NCBI RefSeq assembly: GCF_030144855.1
Contig: NC_082717.1
Span: forward strand, 19,096,001-19,160,000
DNA from: Hypanus sabinus
Taxonomy: Eukaryota
DNA length: 64,000 nt
Direction: 5' to 3'
In this document: in pieces, positions 37,133 to 49,690 of the stretch
Layout: every line of letters starts with the position of its first letter
Position numbering within the stretch: position 1 is the first letter of the stretch
Position numbers and translations under genes: made by a program
The notes under the pieces: model-generated
What the model was told of the DNA's origin: nothing
What the model saw: the letters and a program-made list of their open reading frames with translations, nothing else
Database searches by the model: none

Positions 37133-38931
37133 CACCTTTTCCCTTTTTATAGCTTTTTAGTTGCCTTTTGTTGGACTTTAAAAACTTGCCAATCATCCAA
37201 CTTCCCATTCATTTTTGCTACCTTCTATGCCCTTTCCTTGCCTTTTATGCAGTCCTTAACTTCCTTAAGCAACTGAGGCTGACAAAGAAATGGAAGATGA
37301 ACTTAATGGGTACTTTGCGTCTGTCTTCACTGTGGAAAACACTAGCAGTGTGTCAGAGGTCTGTGAGTGTCAGGGAATGGGAACGAGTGCCATTGCTATT
37401 ACAAAGGAGTAAGTGCTAGGGAAACTGAAAGGTCTTATGGTAGTAAAGTCATCTGGACTAGATGGACTACATCCCGAGTCCTGAGAGAGGTTGCTGAAGA
37501 GATAACGGGAGCATTGGTCATGATCTTTCAAGAACCACTTGAATCTGGCATGGGCACCTAACCTCAGTGGTTGGGAAAGTGATGGAGTCTACTACTAAGG
37601 ATGAGGTTCCAAGTTACTTGGAGACTAATGATAAAATAAGTCAAAGATATCTCGTATGGTCTTATCATGGTTTCTGTGAAGGGAAATCTTGCCTAACAAA
37701 TCTATTAGAGTTCATCGAGGAAGTAGCAAGCAGGGTGGACAAAGGAAAGGTAGTGGATGTCATTCACTTGGAGTTTCAGAAGGCGTTTGATAAGGTGCCA
37801 CACATGAGATTGCCTAAAAAGATAAAATCCTATGGTGTTACAGGAAATATACTGGCATGGATAGCAGAATGGCTGACAGGCAGGAGGCAGTGAGTGGGAA
37901 TAAAAGGGGCCTTTTCTGGTTGGCTGTCAGTGACTAGCGGTGTTCCTCAGGGGTCAGTACTGGGACCACTACTTTTCACATTGTTTGCCAATGATTTAGA
38001 TAATGGAATTGATGGCTTTGTGGATAATACAAAGATAGATGGAGTGGTGGGTAGTGCTGAGGAAGCGATGTGAATGCAACAGGACTTGGACAAACTGGAG
38101 AATGAGCAAAAAAAATATCGGCAGATGGAATACAGTGCTGGGAAATATATGATGATGCATTTTGGTAAAAGGAACAGTCATGCGGATTATTATCTAAATA
38201 GGGAGAAGGTTCAAACATCAGAGGTGCAGAGGAACTTAGGAATCCTAGTACAAGACTCTCAGATGATTAATTTACAGGTTGAGTCTGTTGTAAAGAAGCC
38301 AAATACAATTTTGGCATTTATTTTAAAGGGAATAGAATATAAAAACAAGGAGATAATGCTGAAGCTTTATAAGACACTAGTTGGAATATCATCAACAGTT
38401 TTGGGCTCCATACCTCCAGAAAGCTATTGTTGTTATTGGAGAGAGTCCAGAAGAGGTTCACAAGGATGTCTCTGGGAGTGAAGGGGTTAACATGTGAGCG
38501 TGTCTGGCAGCTTTAGGCCTGTACTAAATTTAGAAGAATGTGCAAGTCTCATTGAAACCTACTGACTGCTGAAATGACAAGATAGGTTGGAGGTGGAGAA
38601 AATGTTTCCTATGGTGGGGGTACCCAGAACTAGAGGGCACAGCCTCAAAGTTGAGGGGCGACCCTTTAGAACAGAGGTAAAGAGGATTTTTTTTAGCCAG
38701 AGAGCAGTAAATGTATGGAATGTTCTGCCACAAACTGTGGTGTAGGCCAAGTGCATGGGTATATTTAAGGCTGAAATTGATAGTTTCCTGATTGGTCAGG
38801 GGATCAAAGGATATGGCGAGAAGGCAGGTTTATGGAGTTGAGTGGGATTTGGCATCCGTCATGATTGAATGGCAGTGCAGACTGGATGGGCTGAATGGCC
38901 TAATTCTGCTCCCATGTCATATGTTCTTATG
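37133..38931 (+). mobile_element. CR1 LINE, degenerate, with inverted 5' segment, nested in an older CR1 (36830-37132 / 38932-39135 / 39770-40020)
   Basis: RT remnants GKSCLTNLLEF...FQKAFDKVPH (37567..37893). 37133-37272 is the upstream linker region in reverse orientation. Confidence 0.85.
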
Positions 38932-39139
38932 GTAAACAGGGTGGTGAGAATGGTGTTTAGCACTCATCAGTCAGGGCATTGAGGACAGGACCTAGGACAT
39001 GATGCTGTTATTGTATGTCATTGCTGAGGGGCCTCCCTACAGTTCTGGTCACCCTGTTATGGAAACTGGAAAGAATGCAGAAAAGATTAATGAGGATGGT
39101 GCCAGGGCTAGAAGTCCTATGTTATAGGGAGAGAGTGAC

Positions 39140-39767
39140 AACTTCTATAGATATGTGACGGACAGTATATTGGCTAGTTGCATCCAAAGCCTGGAATGGA
39201 AACACCAATGCCCCTGACTGAAAAATCCTGCAAATAAATAAATAAATTCATGGATATCACTCATTCCATCATGGGTAAAGCCCTCCTCACCATTGAGCAC
39301 ATCTCCACAAAACATTGTTACAGGAAAGCAACATCCCTCATCAGGGACCCCACCACCCAGGGCATACCTTCTTCTCACTGCTGCCAGCAGGAGGAAGGTA
39401 GAGGATCCTTAGGATGCACATTACCAAGTTCAGGAACAGTCATTACTCTTCTACCAACGAGCTCTTAAACCAGAGGAGATAACTTCAATCAATTTCACTT
39501 GCCCCAACATTGAAATATTCCCATAACCTGTAGATACTTTCAAAGACTCTTCATCTCATGTTCTCAATATTTATTATTCATTTATTTATTATTATTGTCT
39601 CTTTTTTGTATTTGCACCGTTTGTTGTCTTTTGCACATTGGTTGAACACCTGTCAGTGTGGTCATTCATTGATTTTATAACAGTTATTATTCTATTATGG
39701 ATTTATTGAGTATGCCCCGCAAGAAAATGAATCTTAGGATTGATAATAGATTTACTTTGAACTTTGA
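39140..39767 (+). mobile_element. Rex1/Babar LINE 3' fragment
   Basis: SIMGKALLTIEHI..KHCYRKATSLIRDP; tail tttactttgaactttga. Confidence 0.75.
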
Positions 39768-40997
39768 GTACAAAACCAGGGGCATAGATTTTGGGTGAGA
39801 GAAGACAGATTTAAAAGGGACCTGTGCAGCAATCTCTTCATGCAGAGTGGTGAGCAAATGGAATGAGGTTCCAGAGGAAGTCGCTGAATCTGGTATAACA
39901 GCATCATTTAAGAAGCATTTGGATAGGCAGATGGATCAGCACAGGCTTAAAGGGATATAGGCTATTGGGCAAACTCAGGAAATTGGGACTGGCTGGATGG
40001 GATAAAGGGCCTGTGTTCTTTTTTATTGCTACATGACTCTAGAACTACAGTGTATGTCCTTGTATCCCTGTGTCTCTACAACAATCACTGGATCCCAGCC
40101 AATTATAACAGTGGAATGTAAAGTGAGAACATGTGAAATTGTCACCCTTGGAAGGAAGAATGATAAAGCAAATTCTGTTAAGTAGAAGAGACTACATAAC
40201 GTTGTACTCCAAAGGAATATTAGTATCTTACTAATGCGATAAAGCGCAGGGAAGTCGAAAAGCTATTTCACAGATTAGATTTAAGATTCAAGTTTATTTA
40301 TTATGTGTACATTGAAACATATAGAGAAATGTTCAAAGTTCAAAGTAATTTTTATTATCAGAGTACATTTACGTCACCACATACAACCCCGAGATTCATT
40401 TCCTACAAGCATACTCAGTAAATCTACAGAATAATAACTATAACAGGATCAATGAAAGATCAATCAGACTGCAGAAGATGACAAACTGTGAAAATGTAAA
40501 TATAAATAAATAGCAATAAGTACGGAGAACATGAGTTAACAAGATAAGGAGACCTTAATGTGAGATCATTAGTGGGAACATGTCAAATTATGGGCAAGTG
40601 AGTGTAGTTATCCCCTTTTATTCAAGAGCCTGATGGCTGAGGGGTAGTAACTGTTCCTGAACGTGGTGGTGCGAATCTCAAGGTCCTTCTACCTGACAGC
40701 AGTAGTGAGAAGTGAGCATGGCCTGGATAGTGAGGGTGGCTGATGCTGAGTTTGCTGCTAACAACCAATGCACGAGAGGATGTGCTGGGATCAAGTATCA
40801 CCACACATTCCAGAGTCACAATGCTCAGCAGAACAACACAGAACACAAAAAGCAATGAAACTACAACAGAAAAGCAAGCCCTGCTTCTCTCTCCCACCCA
40901 CGCACGTACACAATCATCTAACCCTGAGACAATCCATCTTCTTCACCCTCCAGTGGACTCGGATTTAGACTCATATTCAGACTCGGATATGCAGTGT

Positions 40998-41215
40998 TGT
41001 GGTGAACTGCATATACCTGTCTGGACACGCCCCCTGCTGACTGCTCCTGTGGCTCCTCCCACAGACCCCGGTATAATGGCAATTGAGGCCTGAGCCCGGC
41101 CTCTCAGTCTCCAGGATGTAGTATGGTGGTCAACTACTGCTTGTTCTTTCTTCTAGTCAATTAAAGCCGATATCTCGCCTTCACGTCTCAGAAAAAAGTT
41201 ATTGATGGTGCATCA
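40998..41215 (+). mobile_element. Solo LTR (218 bp)
   Basis: TG...CA ends, perfect 5-bp TSD AGTGT (40993-40997, 41216-41220), TATAAT near 41072, ATTAAA near 41160. Confidence 0.85.
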
Positions 41216-41884
41216 AGTGTAAAATGAGAAAAGTTTTGATGCAACATCAGGGCACTCTTCAGAGCACAGCTGGAGTAGTGCACAGAGATTGATTGGGTGT
41301 CCATGTTTAATGAAGGGTGTGCTTGAATTGGATGCAGTGCAGAAGAGTTTCACCAACTGAATTCTGAGATGAAGGGGTTGATTGATACTTAGCGAGATTG
41401 AGCAGTTTGGACCTACATGGATGGAAATAAAAGAAATTGAGGTGATCGTGTTGTAGCATGTAAGGTGCGTGGGGGATTGGCAGTGAAGATGATGAGATGT
41501 TTCCCTTACTTGGGGCATCAAGAAGAAAGGGGCATTGATTCAGAATAAAGAGGTTGCTCAATTTCAGATTAATATGAGAAGGAATATCTTTGGAACTCTC
41601 TGCTGCAGATAGTTGTGAAGGTGAAGTCATCAAATGCCTAAAAACTGACATTTACATTTCAAGGGAATAAAGAGATATGGAGAGAACAGGAAAGTGGAGT
41701 TGAGACCAAGACTAAATCAGCCATTATCTTATTGATTAGAAGAGCAACCCTGAGGGGCCATATGACCTATTCCAGCTCCTGACTTTATGCTCTTCTGTTC
41801 TTCTCTATACAATCACATGAAAGGTGATACATTAGCCTTGTCACTGACTCTCCTGATAAAAATTTAATTTTATGTGCAAGTCAG

Positions 41885-42020
41885 ACTGGCCCTGAGAAAG
41901 GGTCTCAGTCCAAAACATCGACTGTTTGTTCAGTTCCACAGATGCTGTCTGACCTGCTGAGTTCCTCCTGCATTCTGTGTGTGTGTTACCTGGGATTTCC
42001 AGCAACTGCATAATTTTTCA
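41885..42020 (+). repeat. Penelope-derived terminal module, decayed hammerhead
   Basis: cctgagaaagggtctcagtccaaaacatcgactgtt...gatgctgtctgacctgctgagttcctcc. Confidence 0.7.
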
Positions 42021-44099
42021 TTTTTAAGTTAAATTGGTATATTCTTTGGCATCCCCAAATTCCACTCAGTCTCTCTGCAGGTATAGTGGCAGTATCGTTT
42101 GGTCAGTGTGGTTTCTGTCAATTGTTCTGGATTTCTGATGAGGGGTTGGGAGAGACAAGACTTCAAATCCCAAGACTGTAGAGGCTACATAAACACAGAA
42201 TAAAATGTCTGCTTTAATAATGATCATGATACTGAACCTAAATAGAAAATATAACTTTAAACAAGTTCTTCAGGCCTATGCAGGGAGCCAGAGGGTGTTG
42301 GACTACAATATTTTACAGCACCTGGATTGGTTAGTTGTTGTTTAAAGAGAGTCATTGACCATTTAGATAATCCTTATGTTTTTCTTGAGTGACTCTATCT
42401 TCATATTGCGGTCTCCTTGTGCGTTCTTTTTAAGCTTTGATTGGTTCAGGATTCCGTGTTACTTATATTCTTTAAGCAGATGCCCAATTACTGCTGAGCG
42501 CGGGGTCCTGGTTTTGAGACTGATACACCTCGCAGTGTCGCTCGGCTGAGCACCAATGTTCTGCTGGAAATCTTATGAATAAACTTAGGTCACTGCCTCT
42601 ACATTAGAGTCTGCCTTTCATTTGCTCTTGCGTTCTGATACTGGCAGTGCACATCGTGACAACAGCGCGGTATAGGGCATTTGGCCAATGACATTGTGCC
42701 AACCTTTTAACCTACTCTAAGATCAAACTAACCCTTCCCTCTTACTTAACCTTCAATTTTTCTATTAACCATGTGCCTAAAAGTCTCTTAAGTAATTCTT
42801 AATGTATCTGACTCGAACCCCTCTCCCAACAGGTCATTCCATGCACCCACCTCTGATATCCCTTCAATATCTTCTTCCAATGACCTTAAAATTATGCCCA
42901 CTAGTATTAGCCATTTCCATCCTTGGAGAAAAGAAACTGGCTATCCACTCTATCTATGGCTCTTAATGAGATAGCATAAAAAGCTAATTAATTCATTGAG
43001 GAAATAAGATCTACTGACTCTCTGACTTGCGGGTGACTCCAGCTGAACTGATGTGGTTGAGATCTGAATGGTGCTCTGTTTAGAGATGGCCAATAAAGCT
43101 TAGCCTTGCAGGTGACTCCCCTGATTCATAAAGGAATAAAAGGACTCACCTCCCTTGAGCAGATCTGATCACAAACCCTGGCTTTTGCTGTCCCAGTCTG
43201 TATGTTCAGAGGACCAAGGCTCCTTTCAAGATAAATTCTCCCCAGGGTGGCCCAGTGTCAGCCCACTGGTTCAGCCTTTGAATTCACTGAAGTGAGCATC
43301 ATCTTTCATTTTTATGAGGCCTTCATTACTGCAGTGCAGTTTCCGAGGCCCTCAAATGATTAACCAGCCTGCAAAAAAAAAACAAAAACAACATAATGGA
43401 AATGGAAGCGTCAGGAATGAAGTGGTAACATTAATCAATCCTCTGTATCAAAAAATGTGACAACGTTATTTTAATTCAATCTTAATTAATTTTGTCTTTG
43501 CTTTCACAAGTAATTGACCAAAGTGAGTGGGCTCCTATTGCTTTGACCAATTCACTCCCTACTAAATTTATCACCAGCCGTCACACTGTTCTGGCTTTAG
43601 TTTTACCAGATGCTCATTGGCAGTTGCAAAAGCTAAGTACATTAATTACAGTTCGACGAGAGATCGGACTTAGATTTCAAAGCCCTCATGCAAATTATTG
43701 AAATTCTCCTGGAGCCTTTTATCTAAACGTTCCCTGTAATCTGAGGGAGAGAGGCCCAGCTATGATAACAACAGTGTTTCCTTTTCCTTCTTGGCAATGT
43801 CTGTTATGACTTCACGTCTGGACCCTCTGTAATGAGCCTATGCCAGAAATTACAGTCACTCTCTCAGGGTGGAGGTGGGGAGTCGGTGATAATCATACAT
43901 CCCTTCATCTTGTGAATGTACTCCTAAAGTTGGGCTTGGGCTGTGGGTAGGGAAGGAAGGTAGGGGCAATTCCAAGCGGACCAGGAGGGGGATGTGAGCT
44001 TATTTGTTGCAGGGAGGGCATGAGGAAAGCGGGTTCAGTGTATTAAGGGCTTGGATGGAAGGTGCATGTGAGAAGAATAGCTGGAGGACGCTCATGGTA

Positions 44100-44700
44100 C
44101 TTAAGACTGTAAGACACAGGAGCAGAACAAGGACATTCAGCCTATCAAGATTACTTCAACATCCCAGCATTGCTGATTTATTATTCCCTCTCAACCCGAT
44201 TCTGCTGCCTTCTCCCCATAAACTTTGACATCATTGCTAACCAAAAACCTACTAACTCTGCTTTAAATATATTCAATGACTTGCCCTCCATGGCAATGAA
44301 CTACACAAATTCACCACATTCTAGTTAAAGGAATTCCTCCTCATCTCTGTTCTAACAGGACATATTATTCTGAAGCTATGTCCTCTGGTTCTGGACTCCT
44401 CCACCACAGTAAAACATCCTCTCCATGTCCATTGTATCTACTTGATAGGTTTCAATGGAAATCCCTCCTCATTCTTCTCTCCTCAAGCAAGCATAGACCC
44501 AGAGCCATCAAGCACTCCTCAATCATTAATCCTTTCATTCACAGAATCATTCTCATGAATTTCCTCTGGACCCTCTCCAATGTCAGAACATCCTTCCTTA
44601 GATTTGGGCCCAAAACTGCTTACAATACTCAAAATATGGTCTAACCAATGCCACATAAAACCTCCACATTACATCCTTGCTGTTATACTCTAGATTTCTT
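44100..44700 (-). mobile_element. CR1 LINE 3' fragment
   Basis: Similar to 57890-58500. Confidence 0.75.
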
Positions 44701-44709
44701 GTTCAAGTA

Positions 44710-45785
44710 GGGTGAGAACGCAGTGTGGGGGTGTGTGAGCAGTAGACGGGGTGGGAGAATGGGTGGGATGTGACTGTTGCTGAGGTGTAAGTGCGAATGG
44801 GGAAGCAAGAGGTGAGGGTGGAGGCTATGAATGCAGCATGTGAAGGTTTGAAGGAAGTGGGTGGGGGGAGCGTGGAGTAAAAAAGGCTGGGAAGTGAGCG
44901 TGGGTAGAAGAGAGTACAAGTGGAGGATAAGAATGGGTGGGGCATTGTGGATGGGATCAGTGTGGGTGAGATGTGAATGTGGCAGGGAATGAACGTGGTT
45001 ACACAAGCATGGCAGTGGACAATCCCAAGTGCAGAACATGGGCACAGAGGCAGAGTCAGGAGGTGTTTATTGATATAGCAAGCATGGAATCAGTATCCAG
45101 GAGAGCTTTTACCCAGAGACCTGGGTTGGGAGAAAATCCAGGAGTGATGCTAGACTTAGTACAGACAGTCCTAAAAACCATGAAACAAGGTTACACACAC
45201 CAGGGTCGACAAACGAACTGGCAGCTCCTTGTAGTGGTCACAGGGTCTTTGTCCTGCATTTTCTGATGGAAAGCAGGTGTGTGTAGTTAGTGCAACCTGG
45301 GAATGATTGGAAACTAAACAAGGGGATTGAGGCCCAATTTCTGAGTTAAGTAGCAAGGTGGGGGATTGCCAGAAGGGACCATGACAAATACAGGTAGGGT
45401 GTGCGTGGGGGTAAGGTGTGAATGTGGGTAGGGTGTGTGTGGGGGTAAGGTGTGAATGTAAGTAGGGTGTGTGTGGGGGTAAGGTGTGAATGTGGGTAGG
45501 GTGTGTGTAGGTAGTGTGTCTGTGGGGAATGTGTGAGAGTGCATACCCTGTGAAAGTGAGTGGAGTGAGTAGGAGGGGTGTGAGAGTGGACAAGGTTTGT
45601 GGGAGTGTGTGGGAGTATGTGGGGGGTGAGAATATGAGGTATGTGGGCTTGGTATGGGAAGGTATGCGTTGTATGTAGGTAGGGTGTGTGTGGGTGGGAG
45701 GAATGTGGTTGAGGTGTTGGGTATGAGTATTGATGAGGTGAATGGCTGGAACATGGGAGTTGGTGGGATGTGTGTGGGTAGGGTA
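44710..45785 (+). repeat. G/T-rich low-complexity tract including ~3.5 copies of a 34-bp unit (45394-45510)
   Basis: Unit gtagggtgtgtgtgggggtaaggtgtgaatgtgg; C is nearly absent on the + strand; interrupted by a solo LTR. Confidence 0.85.
44996..45386 (-). mobile_element. Solo LTR, same family as 11430-11776
   Basis: Reverse complement begins tgtcatggtcccttctggcaatccccca, identical to 11430 onward. It has an extra ~35-bp internal segment; TSD not clear. Confidence 0.85.
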
Positions 45786-46479
45786 ATCAATGTATGAACT
45801 TTGAGCGTGTGGGAGGTGACGGTGAGTTCATATCTCCACAGATATCGGATGTCAGAGAGAAGTAATCTCAGGACTCAACTTCTTCTCATTGGGACTTTCA
45901 AGGTGAAAGAGTGATTTCATTGAATTTTTGTGGATTGTAAGCAGAATCATTTGGTTAGTTGGTTAAAACCTGTTTCTGTTTGCAAAGTTGAGTCCAAAAA
46001 ACAAAGTCTAACAATTATTTCTGCAGCATACTGGAGAAACTCAGCAGGTTAGGAAGTGTCTATGGAAATGAACAAGCAGTCAATGTTTCGGGACAAGACC
46101 CTTCAGGAATAATTTCTGCATAAAATGCCTCCTGCAAATAGTGAATTTTCCTCATGAGACTGAAAGGTTTTGTTGATAAAATGAGCGGTGGGGATTAAGT
46201 GTGGACATGATCACACTCAGGTGTGATTTGGTGAATAGCAGAGTAGTTTCAAGAGGGTCAATTGCTCCCTCCTGTTTCAACACACCAGGGTTCCAAGGAT
46301 CATACCAGAACACCTCAGCAATGAATCTTTACTGTGCCCTCAGCAAAGCACAAGAACTATGTCAGAGGCCCTCCGCAGGTCACAGGTAACCATGGATGTT
46401 GGGTGCCAACTGCCTAAGCCAGTACACAAGCCAGGGTGGGTCAATATGGAGATGTTGCCCGTGTAGCAGGTTCCCCTCC

Positions 46480-49400
46480 TCGAGAGGGAAGAAATAACAG
46501 GCAGGGGAGACAAAGGAGAGTTATTGGATGTGTGTACTTGGATTTTTAGAAGGCTTCTGACAAGATGCCGCACATGAGGCTGCTGAGCAAGATAAGAGCC
46601 CATGATAATATAGGAAAGATACACGGACGGAAGATTGATTGACTGGCAGGAGGCAAAGAATGGGAAGAAAGGCAGCCTTTTCTGGTTGGCTGCCAGTGAC
46701 TAGTGGTGTTCTGCAGGGAGCAGTATTGGGACTGCTTTTTTCACATTATATGTCAATGATTTGCAATTACAAGCAACACACACAACATGCTGGAGGAACC
46801 CAGCAGGTCAGGCAGCATCTATGGAAAAGAGTACAGTTGATAATTTGAGCCAAGACCATTTGTCGGGACTGGAGGAAAAAAAGATGAGGTGTCAGAGTAA
46901 GAGTAATAGGGGAGGGGAGGAAGAAAGACAAGGTGACAGGTGAAACTGCGGGGTTGGTGGGTAAGCAAAGAGCTGGGAAGCTGATTGGTGAAAGAGATAC
47001 AGGGCTGGAGAAGGGGAAATCTGATAGGAGAAGACAGAAGGTCATGGAAGAAAGAAAAGGGGAGAGGAGCACCAGAGGGAGGTGATGGGTTGGCAAGGAA
47101 GTAAGGTGAGAGAGGGAAAAGGGGACTGGGAATGGTGAGTGGGGTGGGGGTGGGGGGTTACCGGAAGAGTTCGAGAAACTAATGTTCATGCCAATTGTTT
47201 GGAGGTTACCAAGCCAAAATATGAGGTGTGCTCGACCAACCTGAGTGTGGCCTCATTGCGACAGTAGAGAAGGCCAAGGGCTGACATGTTGGAATAGGAA
47301 TGGGAAGTGGAATTAAAATGTGTGGCCACTGGGAAATCCTGCTTTTTCTGGTGTGCAGAGCTTAGGTGCTTGGTGAAGCGGTCTCCCAATCTATGTAGGT
47401 TCTCACCAATGTACAGGAGGTCACACCAGTAGCACCAGATACATTAGATTGTATTGTGAGAGTAAGCATTCAGCACGGACTAGAAGGGCCGAGATGGCCT
47501 GTTTCCATGCTGTAATTGTTGTGTGGTTATATAGATGACCCCAACTGACTCTCGGGTGAAGTGTTGCATCACCTGGAAGGACTGTTTGGAGCCCTGAGTG
47601 GTGGTGACGGAGGAGGTGTAGGGGCAAGTGTATCACTTCTTTCGCTTGCAAGGATGAGTACCAGGAGTGAGATCAGTGGGGAGCGATGAATGTACAAGGG
47701 AGTTGTTTAGGGAGTGATCCCTGTGGGAAGCAGAAGGGGGGAGGGAAAGATGAGCTTGGTGGTGGGATCCGGGGATCCTGTTGGAGATGGTGGAGGTTAT
47801 GAAGAATCATGTGCTGGACCTGGAGGCTGGTGGGGTGGTAGGTGAGGACAAGAGGAACCCTATCCCTGGTGCAGTGGGTGTAATGGAATTGATGGCTTTA
47901 TGGCTAAGATTGCAGATGATACAAAGATAGCTGGAGGGGTAGGTAGTGTTGAGGAAGCAGGGAGTCTGCAGAAGGATTTAGACATATTGGGTGAATGAGC
48001 AAATAGGTAGTAGAGAGTATCGGGTCATGCACTTTGGCAGAAGGAGTAAAGGCATAGACTATTTCTGAAATGGGAAGAAAATTCAAAAATCAGAGATGCA
48101 AAGGAGTCCTTGTGCAGGATTCCTTACTGGTTAACTTGGGGGTTGAGTCAGTGGTAAGGAAGGTAAATGCAATGTTAGCATTCAAATTGTAGGGATTAGA
48201 ATATAAGAGCAAGGATGTAATGCTGAAGATTTGTAAGTTATTTGTCAGACTGCACATGTAGTATTCTGAGCAGTATTGGGTCCCTTATCTCAGAAAAGAT
48301 GCACTGGCATGAGAGAGGATCCAGAGGAGCTTCGGGAGAATGATTACAGGAATGAAGGGATTAAGTTATGATGAGCCTTTAATGGTTCTGGGCCTGTACT
48401 TGCTGGAGGTTAGAAGTATGAATGTGATCTCATTAAAAACCTGTCGAATATTGTATATGCAAGAAGGCTCCAGTGCTGTTTTGCAGACAGCTCTTAAAAC
48501 AACAAGTTACTCTAGTAGAGTATCTACTTATTAAGGGGAGAAGGCAGGAGATTGGGGCTGAAGGGGAAAATGGATCAGCCATGATAAAATGGTAGAGCAG
48601 ACTCGACGGGCCAAATGGCCTAATTGTGTTCCTATATCTTATGATCTTCTTGTCTTACATACTTTTTTTGAACTGTGAACACCACTGCCTGCAGCCTGTA
48701 ATTTCCCTTTTATGGATGTACTTTTGAGCTGAGTAAGCAATCTGTCACTTTTGCGATTTCCTCGGGGATTTGATGAACTAGGCTCTTGAGAGTGCAGCTA
48801 CAGTCAGGGCCGCCGTTGCTGGGGCTGGATGTTGCATCGATGCCTGATAGCAGAAGACAAACCCTTAGTCAGCTCCATTACTCCATGCCGATTAATCTGT
48901 TGAGCAGAATTACAATCATCAAGGACCAGAGTGGACAACAAACAGATGTTCTGCATCCTCTGCTTATATTTCTCTGGTCTCCTTCCCTTGCTACCACCAT
49001 CAGCCGGGAAGTTCAGAAGAATTGGGTCCCACACCGCTGTAGTTGTTACCCCCCCCCCCCCCAGCCACTGGGCTCCTGGACAGGCTTCATTTGCCCCAGC
49101 ACCGATCGGGCTCCACAGCTTTCCACACTTTCGGGGAATCTGCAGTTCACGTTCCATGTGTTTTGTTTACTTTTTGTCACTATTTGTGCAATTTATCATC
49201 TTTTGCAACTTGGATATGTGGCGGTCTTGTGGGAGTGATTTTTAGTGAATTGTATTGTGTTTCTTTATTTTGTGATTGCTTGAGAGAAGGTGAATTTGAA
49301 GGTTGGATATGATATACATACCTTGATAATAAATTTGAACTTTGAACATTAAATTGTGAAAGGCCTCGATAGAGTGGATGATGAGAGGTGAGTAAGGACC

Positions 49401-49690
49401 AGAGGGTTCAACCTCAGAATAGAGGGATGTCCATTTGGAACAGCGATTAGAAGGAATTCCTTTAGCCAGAGGGTATTCAGTCTGTGAAATTCATTGCCAC
49501 AGATGGCTATGGTGGCTAAATCATTGAGTATACTTAAAGCAGTGGTTGATAAGTTCTTGATTAGTCAGGGTGTCATAGATTACAGAGCGAAGGCATTAGG
49601 ATTGAGAGGGATAATAAATTAGCCATGATGGAATGGCAGAGCAGATTCAATGGCTGAATGGCCTATTTCTGCTCTATGTCTTATGGTGTA
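46480..49690 (+). mobile_element. Degenerate CR1 broken by two insertions (CR1 parts 46480-46762, 47881-48452, 49357-49690)
   Basis: ...tatgtcaatgatttg | taatggaattgatggc... and ...tcgaatattg | tgaaaggcctcgatagagtgg... restore the CR1 ORF2 order seen at 37900-38930. Confidence 0.7.
46769..47878 (-). mobile_element. Penelope-like element remnant with GIY-YIG endonuclease, inserted in CR1
   Basis: Minus strand translates QGSKQSFQVMQHFTRESVGVIY [~90-bp insert] CIWCYWCDLLYIGENLHRLGDRFTKH...FPVATHFNSTSHS. Terminal module at 46769-46870; homologous to 35256-35910. Confidence 0.9.

Noticed and set aside
44683-45790. His/Pro/Thr-rich ORFs on the minus strand
   Set aside because: Artefacts of the G/T low-complexity tract and the LTR.
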